From: the human T2T-CHM13v2.0 reference genome, Homo sapiens | NCBI RefSeq assembly: GCF_009914755.1 | Contig: NC_060927.1 | DNA: 64,000 nt | Strand: one strand, 5' to 3' | Shown here: one piece after another, positions 31,716 through 47,350 of the stretch | How positions within the stretch are numbered: the first letter of the stretch is position 1 | Layout of the letters: the number at the start of each line of letters is the position of its first letter | Translations under genes and position numbers: made by a program | The notes under the pieces: generated by a model | The model's input: the letters and a program-made list of their open reading frames with translations, nothing else | Told to the model about the DNA's origin: nothing | The model's database searches: none

Positions 31716-32051
31716 CTGATTTCTCTGCTTTTCAACTTCCTCCTCAGACATGCAGTTGGACAGAACCTCAGACCATTCCAGGCGCTCCTCAGGTGTCTTC
31801 ATTGAAAGACTATCAAATATTTCGAAGTAAAGCCACGCCAGGTCCTTGGCCAACTGCAGCTTCCCACAAGCGATGTGCCTCCATGTAGACCAGTAGAGGC
31901 GCGGGTAAGCTCCTTCTGTGGCCCGGATTTGCACATAGGTGGATATCTTCCTGAGATAGTGAAGACTAAACTTGGATGGAGGGGGGACCTGCAAGGCACC
32001 CACTATAAAGGGTTCTGCTTTCACCCAGAGGAGAACTCTGGACTGATCCAT
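31716..32051 (-). CDS. TBCCD1: TBCC domain-containing protein 1, first coding exon (MDQSRVLLWVKAE...EKQRNQ)
   Basis: ATG in strong context (aatATGG); acceptor puts the exon start at 32094; CAG|gtacgg donor; 336 coding nt. Confidence 0.94.
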
Positions 32052-32728
32052 ATTATCTCTAAGGACATCAGGGTGAAAAGGCTTCTTTGCATACCTAGGA
32101 AACAAAGTTTCTTCATAAACTGATTTGAAACAAGTCTCATTTATGCATTTTTTCTTGGAAGGTGACCCCTCTCTCTCAACTGTGTCATATGTACTACATC
32201 ATCATCTTAAAAGGCAGCTCTAGTTCACCAACCAAGAGCAGAACAGTTTTTTTAATCAGATCTCATTATAATCTGAGAAAAAAATTGTGATAAAACAAAA
32301 TTATCTTACTTGAATTGTTAGAAATCCTTGTTTTAGGAAGTGTGTGTAGATGCATGAAGTCTGAGTGAGATCCCAGGAAGAAAATGAATGAGGGGAAAAA
32401 AGTCATCCTATCACAGGAAACCTTTTTCTACTCTGAGGGGGAACACTGTTCAAAATAAGGGAAATACATTTCACAGAGTTAAATCACTTACACAGAAGAC
32501 AGTTGGTTAAAGATCTGGACATGTTAGCTGAGCATATAAATTCAATATGAAGTGCTAATGTGAGGCAGCAGGCAAGAATGCTAATGTAAATGTAGACTGC
32601 AAGAATAGATCAGGAGAAGTTACAGCATCTTTATTCTCTATAACAGTGAACCCACTCTAGCATATTTGATCCTGCTCAGTTCAGGTGTGATTTTTTAGAT
32701 TTTTTTTTGTTGTAACAATGATACATGA

Positions 32729-33131
<403 letters not shown>

Positions 33132-33745
33132 TCTTTGTCTTTTTTCTACACATAAATTAGATGTTAGTTTTTGAATTTTCACAGTTGTGATGTTACATAC
33201 ACAATTCTGTACTGTTTCAAAAGCTTTATAGTATTCTAAATAAATGTATCCCATTTTATTCAACTCTTCTCCCATTTTTAGACACCTTACTAGGTTTCAG
33301 ATTTTTCACAAAAACAACATAGGCAAAATACTGATCATTATTGAAGTGGGGTAATGGGTACGTGGGGGGCTCACTGATTCTATTTTTGTGTATGTTAAAA
33401 AATTTCATTACAAAAGTTCAAATGTTGTCACAAGTGTAAATAATGCTATCACTACCATCTTTCTTCATATTTTCTGCATTACGAATTATTTCTGTGTGAA
33501 AATTTTCAGATGTACTTTTGTGAAATTAAGTAATTGACATTTCTAAAGCTTGTGAAATATATCCTTGTTGCTTCCAAATGATTTTATCAAATTGTACCAT
33601 CCTTTGACTCTGGTACCTACTTCACTGTGCACTCCTCAACATTAGCAACATCATTTTTTTAAAAATATAAAAACTAATTTAAAAAATCAATTATATGACT
33701 GATGAAAATTTTATTGCTATTATTATATTTTGCATTTGATTCTAA

Positions 33746-34062
<317 letters not shown>

Positions 34063-34639
34063 TGCCAACTGTGCCTCTCTCGAGAATCATCTGTTCGGAA
34101 AAATAACTGACATCAATCGAGTGCTTACTATGTACCAGGTATCATGCTCATGATTTTGCATACTTCACCTCCTTTCATCCTCACAACCACCTGGAGATAC
34201 AGTACTTAAGACTGTACACATTTTCGATGAAAAAAAAATGAGGCTTAGCGAAGTTAAGGGATTTCCCTAAGGACACCTACTTAGCTGGCACAGCTCTAGA
34301 TTAGGATTCAGGTCTGACTTGAGAACTGCATTACTATAAATGTACTCTAGGAATCCAGTTTTGGGAGAATCTCTTAAAAACGGGAGTGGATCCAGAAGAG
34401 AATTTCCAGAATAAAGAGTCTTAGACAGGAAGCCAGGTGAAAGAACCAGGGAGAGTAAACTCAAAAGAAGGGCGTGGAAGGGCAAAAGGCAGCTGTCTTC
34501 CAATGTGGAGAGACTGGAGTCGTTTTGAGTAAAACCAGACGATAAAAGTTAGGCGAGGAAGACCTCGGTTCTCTCCAAAATGTAAAGAGGCTGCTCTGTG
34601 AGGTACTGAGCCCCTGTCAACAGCCAGATCCCAGAGATG

Positions 34640-35270
34640 AGCCCTCCATTCTAACTCCGAGAATCGAGAGGGCTCAATCCGTAAACAAACATAAACTGGG
34701 GCTCTGACCCTGGCGGTGCCCTGAGGTTAAGGTTTTTCAGGTCGGGAGATCGGCGTGGGTCCAAGGCGGCTGTCCTGGGGCTTCGCCGCCACCTTGGACG
34801 CGATCCGGGGTGGGACTCTGCGTGGGCCGCCCCAGCGTCGCGACCGGACTTCAGGAACACAGACGCTCACGCTGACAGGGTCGGTAGCTGACCCGAGACG
34901 CGGTAAGCGCGAAGGCAGCCTCCTCGACCCAAGCCTGAAGCCTGACTAACCCACACCGCCCTCCCCGGCGCACCCAGTGCGCGGTTACCTGCTAATGCAG
35001 GCGCCGCTCCGCCGCACTTCTCCGCGCGCCGCCGCGCCCGGCGTCCGCTCGCTGGGCCCGCCCCTCACCCTCCTCCGCGCGCCGCTGCCGTGCCCACTGC
35101 GCAAGCGCGAGGCCCCGCACCACCGAGACCTGGCGGACCCCGTTGCTAGAGCGGCAGATTGCGGCTCAAGCGTCTGAGAAAATCTAGGCTGGGGTCGAGA
35201 GTCCGCAACAGTGGCACCTGGAGCCAGACCCACCGCTTTCTGGTGTCGCGCCTTTCAACCCGGGGGGGTA
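34640..35270. promoter_or_regulatory. CpG island, TBCCD1 promoter
   Basis: Very high GC and CpG density relative to the flanks; GC boxes; no TATA. Confidence 0.85.
34989..35050 (-). other. TBCCD1: TBCCD1 non-coding first exon (start approximate)
   Basis: CAG|gtaacc donor at 34988 inside the CpG island; GC box near 35056-35064. Confidence 0.6.
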
Positions 35271-36315
35271 GGAAGCTTTCTGTTGCTCCGCATAACTGTG
35301 GTCAGCTAATAGCTGCTGGTAAGATCAGCACGCTTTCATCAGAAATGCTACTAATACTAATGGCAGTTTGCATTTATAGAGCACTTACTATGGTCTCAGC
35401 ACTGTGTAAAGCAACTTTATGTGTATTTCCTAAGTCTTGTCAAGAGCCCTTTAAGTACATTCGTTTTACTGATGAAGAAACTAGGGCCTAGAAAGGTGAA
35501 AATAACACAACCCTAAGGTCACACAAGAGATGGAGCCAAGATTCAAGCCCAGGGCGTCTGAAGCAAGACTGGCACTCCCTGCCGCCCCTCGGTGTCAGCT
35601 CCTTAACTCTGTTAGCTTTCCTGCCGTGTTTCCACCTTCATGAAGCTTTTTCAGATTACCGGGCAGAAGCCATCACTCCTTCCTTTAAACTTCCATTTCA
35701 GAATTTCTGGACATTTCCTGCTTTTTTTAGTTCCTTTATGGCCTCTCTAGGTGTGATAGATACAAAGGTAAATTAGACCGTAAAATGCAATTTAGTTCCT
35801 CTTTTGTGTGGCCATTGTCCCTACTGGGTATCTTCCTGAAAGCAGGGGCTTCAAATTTACACATACCTGGGTTAGGATCCAGGCTGCACCACTTATTAGC
35901 TCAGTGACCCTGCTGTTACTTGTTGAGTACCACTGTGTGTCTGGCACAGTGGTACGCACTAGAATGACAGAAGTGAACAAAACAGACAAGGTCCTTGCTT
36001 TCTTGGAGTGTATAACAGGGAGAATAGACAATACATATTAAGGAATAAAATAAGATAATTTCAAATAGTGAAAAATGCTATGAAAATTGGGGCGGGGGGT
36101 CAGGGAAGGCCACTTTGTGGTGCCAAATTTGAGCTGAGGCCTGAAGAGTAAGAAGCCAGCCATACAATGATCACCATCCCAGTAACTTTGACTCAAAAGT
36201 ACTTCAGCACCTACTCCATGCCAGGCACTGTTCTAAGGTGCTCTTTTATACAGCTGTGAACAGAACAATATAGATTCATGCTCTCATGAAACTGGCATTT
36301 CAGTGTGTAAGTCTA

Positions 36316-36698
<383 letters not shown>

Positions 36699-37011
36699 TT
36701 AATTGGTCAGGGAAAGTCCTCCCTGAGGTGGCGACCTTTAAGCTGATATATGAGTTAAAGAAGGAATCACCCATGCTAGCACATGAGGGAGAGTACAGTG
36801 TTTCAGGCAAAGGCAATAGCTAGCACAAAGGCCCTCGGCAGGAATGAGCTCGGTGTATACAAAAAAAAGAAAGGAAGCAAGTTTTGCTGGAGCATGGTTA
36901 GGAGTATAATAGGTTTACAAAGCATAAACGGCTTTGTAAACTAGCATGGAGTTGGGATTTTATTCTAAGTGCAAATGAAGAGCCATTCCAGGCTTTTAAA
37001 CAGGGGAGTGA

Positions 37012-37345
<334 letters not shown>

Positions 37346-38079
37346 TTTTTTTTTTTTTTTTTAAATCATGGAGTGAGGGACAGGGATGAGCAACATATAT
37401 TAAGATATTAAGGAAGATATTAAGAGTGGGGGCAAGGAGGCCAGTTAGGAGGCCCTGGCCAGGTGAGAGATACACTGTGACCCAGAATCCTGGTAATGGA
37501 GATGTAGTGAACAGATTGAAGTATAGTTCAGAGGTAAAGAGTTGGATAGCTTATGCATGAAAGGAATAAAAACACCTAGAGCTTTGTCCTGATCAACTAG
37601 GTGTTGTGTAACTGCGATGAGCAAAATCGGGGGGAAGATGGGGAATCAAAGAGTTCTGCTTGAACCGTAATAATGGTTTTTACTCGTTGCCTGCTTACTA
37701 TACGCCCGATGATTTACCGATTTTTTTCCCTGTTAAAATTCACAGAACTGCCAATAAGTGCTTTGCCTCAGTTTTGTTGATAAACTTAGGCTCAGACTTG
37801 GGAGGAGGGGAGGGGTGGGGGGTCTCACCACTAAGAAGCGGTGGAAGCCGAATCCGAACTTAAGTCGGTCTGTCATCACTGTAGCCTTTCCGAGACAGTT
37901 GTCTTATGGAGTTGCTTGGAGAACGTAAAATAAGAGGCCTAAGCAATGCGTCTGATGTACACCTGTCGTGGAATAACTGTTCCCGCTCATTCGGCCGCTG
38001 TACCTCTGCTCCCTCATTCGGAGCGTAGCTGGGTATGAATGAAATTCCGGGCTTGTAGCACAGAGAAAACTTCTCTCCC

Positions 38080-38900
<821 letters not shown>

Positions 38901-39739
38901 AGAGGGTCTTAGGTAGAGCTAGATTTGCCCAGAGGAGTGGGAGTTGGATGCATTGCCAAACGGCATTTGGGGGATGAGGGAAAGAAGGTGGTTGCGAGCT
39001 GAAGCAGTGTCACGTAGAGCTGGGGAAGAAAGAGGGATGCCTGACTGTAAGGAAAGATAGTGACAGTGCCAGGCTGAGGTTGAGGGGATGGACGTTTGTT
39101 TGATCAAAGAGGTGAGTTGCTGTGCCCCGCTGAGGTGGAGAAGCGGACGATGCTCTATGCCAAGCCTTCGAAGAGCCATTCTGGGGCTGACATTAAAGTG
39201 GGTGGATGATGCCAGCCCGAGTTGGGACTGAACGAAATTGGATGCGGGATGGGAACAAGAAGATCTTTAGACAGCCCTTGTACTTCCCAGCTTCTTGAGC
39301 TATTTATTATCTTAAGTTGCTTCATCTTTAACATTCTGGCAGTGCTACTGTTAGGACATTTATGTGGCATAATCTTTTTAAAGAAGGAAAATCATCCTTT
39401 GAGAGTGTTATTTGACTTTTAGAAAAGTCAAAATCATTTGGAGCCAGTATAGGGAAAGGGGGGAAGAGTTAATTTGATTATATGGTTATTGCCTAAAGAT
39501 AACATGAGACCATAAAATAAGGAAGTGGTTTTCTTGACCGAAGGTGGTTCTGAAAGAAAAGTGCCACAGATGTTTTGAATAATCCGAAAAGAAGTATATA
39601 GCCTCTTACTGTGATTACTTCAATATATAAGATTCATTACAAATTCTGGTGTTCTCTCTTTAGTCATTCTTTGTGTGTGTATGTGTCACATAAACCTTCA
39701 TTTTTATACCTCTTTGCTCAGATACAAACCTAAATGTAG

Positions 39740-40298
<559 letters not shown>

Positions 40299-41108
40299 TA
40301 ATAAGTAGATCAACTGATTGGTCTGTCGTTCAATCAGTTTGGGAGCTAGAACCAAAAATAAAAAGAAAGCCTTCATGAGAGTTGCAAACCTGCATGTTCA
40401 TATGAACTAGACAAATAACATGCAGGGCAGGTATAAGTTAAAACATGGCAGCAGATATTCTGCCTCCATATTGGGAAGCAATAAGGATTGTTGAGGACTT
40501 TGACAAACTGAAGCCTTCTGGCCCCATTTCAAGGGAGCAGCTGTTACTCAACCCCAGCCAGTTTTTGTCATACAAATGCAAACAGTATGTTCCTGGATGA
40601 TTTAATTTTTCAAGAAAAGTTGAAAATCTAGATTTTTTATATGAGTTCTGCTTGTAAAAGTGTTGGTAACTAATTCAGTTAAATTTCTTTTTTACATAAA
40701 TCAAACAGAGCACAGTTTTAATTTGATTTTGCAACCTCTAATCTGGGGATCAAAACACTCTCATGTGTATCATCTCATTTAATCTTCACTAGGACACCAG
40801 GAAATATATTAGAGCTAGGCATATTTTTATTCTCATTTTCTAAATGGACACAGAAAAAAATTAATTGAACTAAAAGTCATAGAGCTAAAACTCCTGAATT
40901 TAAGTTTAAATTCTTGTATATTGAGAAGGCTAAAAACAAATTGAAAAATATTTTAGGAAGACACAAACCTTGAAAGGAAGGAATCCCAAGATCTCTAGAT
41001 TAAAGAAGCAATGGAATTGAAACAGTGAGTTATACCCAGGTGAACCCAAGAGCTGTTGGGGTCCTTTCATCTTTCAACACCTTCAGGGATCCTATGGGGC
41101 AGAAATTC

Positions 41109-41406
41109 TTTTTTATTTTTTTTTGAGACAGAGTCTCGCTCTGTCTGCCAAGCTGGAGTAGAGTGGCACGATCTCGGCTCACTGCAAGCTCCGCCTCCTG
41201 GGTTTTACGCCATTCTCCTGCCTCAGCCTCCTGAGTAGCTGGGACTACAGCTGTGCACCACCATGCCCAGCTAATTTTTTGTATTTTTAGTAGAGACAGG
41301 GTTTCACTGTGTTACCCAGGATGGTCTCGATCTCCTGACCTCATGATCCACCCGCCTCGGCTTCCCAAAGTGCTGGGATTACAGGCATGAGCCACCGTGC
41401 CTGGCC
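41109..41406 (-). mobile_element. AluY
   Basis: Antisense dimer; TSD-like cagaaattctt flanks. Confidence 0.88.
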
Positions 41407-43075
41407 AAGGGACAGAAATTCTTAACCTGAGGCACATCAATAAACTTGGGAAGGTTAATGGCCCATCCTAAATTATATGTAATATTTTGTTTCTTGTTGA
41501 TAATATGCATTCTATATTTTGCACTGTATTTTCCATGAATAGTCCCCTTGTTTGCTAGGAACCTAATACTCAAAAACATTTTCTAGGGAAGCTGAATTTA
41601 CCATGCTCTCTAAAGAATCTTCACGTTCTTTATCAATGACCTAGGCAGGCTATACAAAGGTCAGTCATGAAATCGTGGCTTATTTAACTATAACAATCCT
41701 TTTAGCCACTAGTTCAAATTTCTGTTTTCTTTTTATCATTCAAGCTTGATTGCCTTTAGTCTTAGGTAAATTAGTGTTCACAAATTAGAATCCGAGTACA
41801 GTTATGAAGAATCTTTTGTGAATACAAATTTGTTTTCTCTACAGAGCTAGGATCACTGCTGGCATTTTAATTACTTGAGAATCTGTGTATTGGTTGGCCA
41901 ATCAACTAAAAACCTTTTTTCTTTTAAAATAGTTTCCAAGACCATAGAATAAAATTGCATTCCTTGATGGAAGAAAAGTGAGGAGGAAGTAAATGATAAT
42001 GACTTCAAGAGTAGTTTTTAGGGGGTTATTACAGAAGCCTCTGATGTCTAAAAAGAAACTGACTTAAAACTAGTCTTTGGGGGTTTTGAAATGGTGTTTT
42101 TTATAGTCTCAAATGCAGGGTTCATTTATTTGTGAAGATCAGATCAGAGAAGTAGACTAAAAGTGAAAATATTGGAGATCCAGTTAATAATAAGGGTTTT
42201 TTTTTTTTTCAAGTTAATTGTGCCCATTTCTGCTTCCCCAAAGTACCTATTTTCTAAAGATACTTGTGAAAACATGCTTTCCTCTCCCTTTTTCTTTCAT
42301 AGTGGCTGTAATCAAGTACTGTGGTCACTTCTGGAATAACCCATTTGCCTTTGCTTTTAAGAATGTTCACTCTCTTGTATACTCAATTTCTATTTATCCT
42401 TTCAAGGATATCTTAAATGTTAATACATTTTTGCCATGACTCCTTACACCTCATTTGGGCCCTAAGCCAAAAATGTGTCCTGTGTGAATATGCCTTTCTT
42501 TTAAGTCAACAAGCCCCGTCTACTTTGAACCTCTCTTTTTCTGGGCCACCATGAGTGTGGTTTTGAAATAACTCTCTCCTTCAGACTCTTGTCTAAGTAG
42601 GAGTTTATAAATATCAAAGGAAGATTTTAAAGCCATTTAATTTTCACAAGTATATATGTGCATATATATCAGATTGCTCTAAATAAAAGAGAAAGTTTTT
42701 TTTTGCATGTTGAAGGCAAATTTTGAAAAGGATGGAAGCTTATTTTGTTGTTACATTCTTTAATATACAGAGAGAAAGCATATAGTCATGATTGTGTATG
42801 TAGTTCTCTGAAACTTAAAACTTCAAGAATTATTTCAAGCAATGAAATTGACCTTGAATAACCTTCATAGAGTATTTTTACTTACTACTCTTTCTGCATT
42901 TCAAACTCAGGACATTACAAACTTAAACATATATATATATGGCAGGCAAAATTCTTCCACAAATGGATTTCTGCATATACCAAAAAATGAAAAAAGGAGG
43001 ATGAAAAGATATCAGTGTAGGCCTCTCTGGAGGGCCTGTCATTTGATTTCCTTGACTTGACAATCTCCTAATACA

Positions 43076-43076
<1 letters not shown>

Positions 43077-43107
<31 letters not shown>

Positions 43108-43128
43108 TGTGTGTCTGTGTGTGTGTGT
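43077..43128. repeat. (GC)7(GT)n compound microsatellite
   Basis: Direct reading. Confidence 0.95.
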
Positions 43129-43561
43129 TTTGGGTAGGGGGTGTTATAGACCTGTGGGGCCAAGTTGTTCTGAAGGCAGTATAGTGGTTAACAGCATAAG
43201 CACCAAAGTCAAACTGCATGGGAAGTAAACCTGAGGAATCCGTCTTAACTCTTTCCTGTCACCACCCTGACCTTCACAGCTGCATTGCTAATCTCAGGTA
43301 TTATTTTTTAGTGACTACACGAGTTTTGAGAACTTTAAATTAAAAACATGAATGGAGCAATGTGGAATGAACAGTGCATCAAAGAATTTAGTCTTAGAGA
43401 AAATAACTTTGTAAATATGCCTTAATACAGTACATAATGGAAACTGCATTCTATTAAAATTTTAGACCCACTGTCAAAGTAAAAACAAACATAAATATGA
43501 CTGTGCCTTAACTGGATATTACCAACTCATGATCTTTTCCTCCACTGGCTTTTATCCCCAG

Positions 43562-43659
43562 GTTCTGTCAGATAGTGAGAAACGGAAACAGTACGATACT
43601 TATGGTGAAGAAGGATTAAAAGATGGTCATCAGAGCTCCCATGGAGACATTTTTTCACA
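43562..43659 (+). CDS. DNAJB11: DNAJB11 exon 3 ([19 protein letters not shown]...)
   Basis: cccag| and CA|gtgagt; 98 nt; end of J-domain. Confidence 0.95.
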
Positions 43660-45342
43660 GTGAGTAATTTACCCATCTGCAAAGTGTTAGTGTCTGAGAG
43701 AGGGTCACTTAGCGATTAAAGAATTATTCTCATTCCCTAGTTCAGAAACTTTTGATGAACAGTACAATTTAGCTGATCCAAAGATCAATTATTGTCCTCC
43801 CTGTGGGAAGATAGTCTTCTATTTTCACAAAGCTTCAGGAAAGACTGATGGCACTGAAAGGACATTCCATCTAGCCAACCATATCAGTTAAATCAGTGCA
43901 GACAATTCACGGGGACATGTGTTGGAAATCAGTTCATCCTTGCCTACTTGCTACCTTGCAATCTGCAAACCACTTAATGAGCAAAATTATTGTTAGCAGA
44001 GATAGAAAAATTCCTGCTCCCATACCCAGAGCTGCCTCTCTTTCGTGCTATCAACAAGTGAGGGTGATTATAATAACCAGCATTAGGGGAAGGAATTAGG
44101 GTAGAGGACCTTTATCTCTTGCTTTCTGGGAGTGCTGGGTGGTTGGAATAATAAACACTTTCTTCCTCACTCTTTGAACCTCTCTTTATTGAGCATTTGA
44201 ATTTCCACATTCCCTGATGATTACATATACTAAGAGACTTTAATCTGGGGTTTCAGGTCTGAAATTATAAACAAAAAGATGTTCGAATCTGCATTTTTAT
44301 GGGGAGAGTTCATTGTTTTCTTCAGATTCTCAAAGGGTTCTGTGAACCCTTCCCCAAAAGAAGTAAGAATCACTGTTGCATATAGTAGTTACCACCATTT
44401 AGTGCTTGGTTGAGGGGCCTGGGGTGGGGGAGTAGATTTTTAGGGTCTGTAAAGATGTGTGAGTAACATGATTAGGACATCTTTTCCCCCCGCCAGGATC
44501 AATTTGGCTGGCTGAAGTGATCCCTAGGGAATACCAGAAAGAGAAACAGCTTCCCCAGCCCCCACCCTGTTCTTTCCCCTTGCCTTTATTTAAGATTCAG
44601 GGAATTCATTCACCTGAGTTGGTTGGTGGGAGAGGGAGTTATATAGTTATCATCTTCGCTATGCTAATATACAAGGCTTCTTAATAACACCAAAAATTAA
44701 CATTAGATTAAACCACCTGTAGGATTGAAGGTCACCTTTTTTGTTAATCTCAAGTTACTCTTGTTACTTACAAAAATTAGTTTGGGTCTTATAGAGGCTA
44801 GAACTTCCTTCTCCTTAAGCACTAGGATTTTACTAAGGCTGATGCTTTTTTAGCTTATTTAATTACATACTCAAGATTTTTGTGTAGAGCAGTAGCTTCT
44901 TTCAACAAGTTAGCTTCTAAAAAGCATGTAAAGAGAACACTACATATGTTAAAATTACCGATAAAAATTTCTTAAATTAACCATTACATTTAGCATTACA
45001 CAAGTTTATGTATACTATACTCTTTCTCAATAAGTCCACCATATTCAGATTTTTCCCAATATTGAAAGATTATTATTTCATTGGTTGGGTCCAACATTGA
45101 ATTCATTGGCATACTGTGTGTGTATGTACTGTACTATATGTATGGGCTATATTTTGTTAAAAAGTGGATTTTTTTGTAGTAAGGGACCGTATAGTTACAA
45201 CATGGTTGATAGTATATAAATTTAAAATTATGTATGATAGTTGACTCCATTGTATTAAAAAATACCTTGTAGTTTTGCACAATGCATTGATAGAAACAAT
45301 AGTTTATCAACGTAAAGAAAATGAGTTAATTGTGAAACATAG

Positions 45343-45573
<231 letters not shown>

Positions 45574-45659
45574 TGACTAAAAATAAGAGGTTTATATGTA
45601 CCTTCTCTGTCTTTTTGAGGGTAAGAGAGAGTGATCAAATGCACAAAATTGAATTAATT

Positions 45660-47350
45660 ATAATGCTTGGTTCATGATACACTGATGTCATTGTTTTATC
45701 ACCCAGCTTAAGAACTAAGTAAAACATTACCATGACTTAATCTACCTACATGCTACTTCCCTGTTCCATTACCCTGCCTCCCTTCAAAGGTAACTACTGT
45801 ATTGAGTTATGTCTTTATTGTTCTTTTGCCATTCTTACTTTATCATGTATATATGAATACCTGAATAATATATTGTTTATTATATTGTTTTTGATTTTTT
45901 AGAAATGGTATTTTATTCATTATTTTCTGGGACTGGTTATTTTCACTCACTATTATGTTACTAGGATTCACCCTTGTTGCTTATTGCTATATTGTGACCA
46001 TAATTTATTAATAGGCATTTTTGTTTCTTCCAGTTTTATTCAATTCCAAACAGCGCTTTTATGAACATTTTAATCCATATTTCCAGGTTCAGATGAACAA
46101 GAATATCTCTTGGGTGGATATGCTTGAGAGTAGAATTGCTGGGTAATATGAACCAATGTTCATTTTTACAAGTTAATACTGTATTGCTTTTGAAATTGAT
46201 TGTACTGATGCTTCTACATGCAATTTATGAGATCCTATAGATTCACTGCCTCACTAATACTTGGAATTATTAGACTTCTTAATTTTTGCTCATCAAATGG
46301 GTATAAAATATCTCATTATGGTCTTGTTTTACATTTTTTAAATTACCAATTAGGATCAGCATCTCTTCCTGTGTTTATTGGCCATATTTGTTTCCTCTCT
46401 TGTGAAATGCCTGTTCTTTCTTTTGCCTCTTGCTTATTGATTTCTAAGAGTACTTCACTCTTGCTGCTAATTCTTTGTTGGCTGTATGTAATGCAGATAT
46501 AGGCTATCTGTTTGTAACTTGTCTTTTCATTATGTTTAAGATTTATTTCAATTTTCAGCAAACAGAACTAATTAATGTAATTAAATCTATCAGTCTTTAA
46601 TGGTTAGTTTTTGTGTCTTTTTAAAGAAATTCGTTTTTGTTCTAAAATAAGAAAGCAGCCATGTGCAGTGGAGCACACTTGTAATCTCAGCTACTCAGGA
46701 GGCTGAGGTAGGAGGATTGCTTGAGGCCAGGAGTTTGAGGCTATCATGTCCTGTGATTGCATCTGTGAATAGCCACTGCACTCTAGCCTGGACAACATAA
46801 CTGAAACTCATCTCTGGAAAAAAATTTTAAAATAAAATAAGAAAGCTGTTCACCTATATTTTCTGCTAAAACTCTGGGATCTTTTAATATGAGGTTATTC
46901 ATCTTTTTTAAATTCTGGAAAATATGTCTCATTATTTTTTACAATTCTATCACTCCTACTTCTGTCTGCTCTTAACTTTCTTTTAAATACAAAAAATAAA
47001 TTTTCTTTATCCTTCACTGCTTCCTTCTGGGAGGTACCTCATTTTGATCTCCCAGCTTACTACTTCAGTCTTCAGCTATATCCATTCTAATAATAACCCA
47101 TCTGCTGTGTTTTAATTTCAACTCATATTTTTATGCATAATATTTCTACTTGATTCTTGCATTATTTCTTACTCTATATCATTTTACTAATGCCTTCCCT
47201 CCTTAAGTATTATCATGCTTGTTTTAAGTTCCTGGTCTGTCTAATCTTTTTTTAAGCAAAGTACAGTTGCTTAAAATATATGTGTTATTCAGTTTGTTGT
47301 CTTTTGTGGGGCAGATGATAGACCTTCTCAGGTATCTAGCTGTCTTGGCC
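45660..47350 (-). mobile_element. Old antisense L1M fragments, with a FAM/FRAM Alu monomer at ~46657-46840 (+)
   Basis: T-rich antisense L1 motifs (gagtagaattgctgggt, ttattggccatatttg). Confidence 0.6.

Noticed and set aside
40312-40339. 9-bp inverted repeat aactgattg/caatcagtt
   Set aside because: Too short to distinguish from chance; no recognisable RNA family
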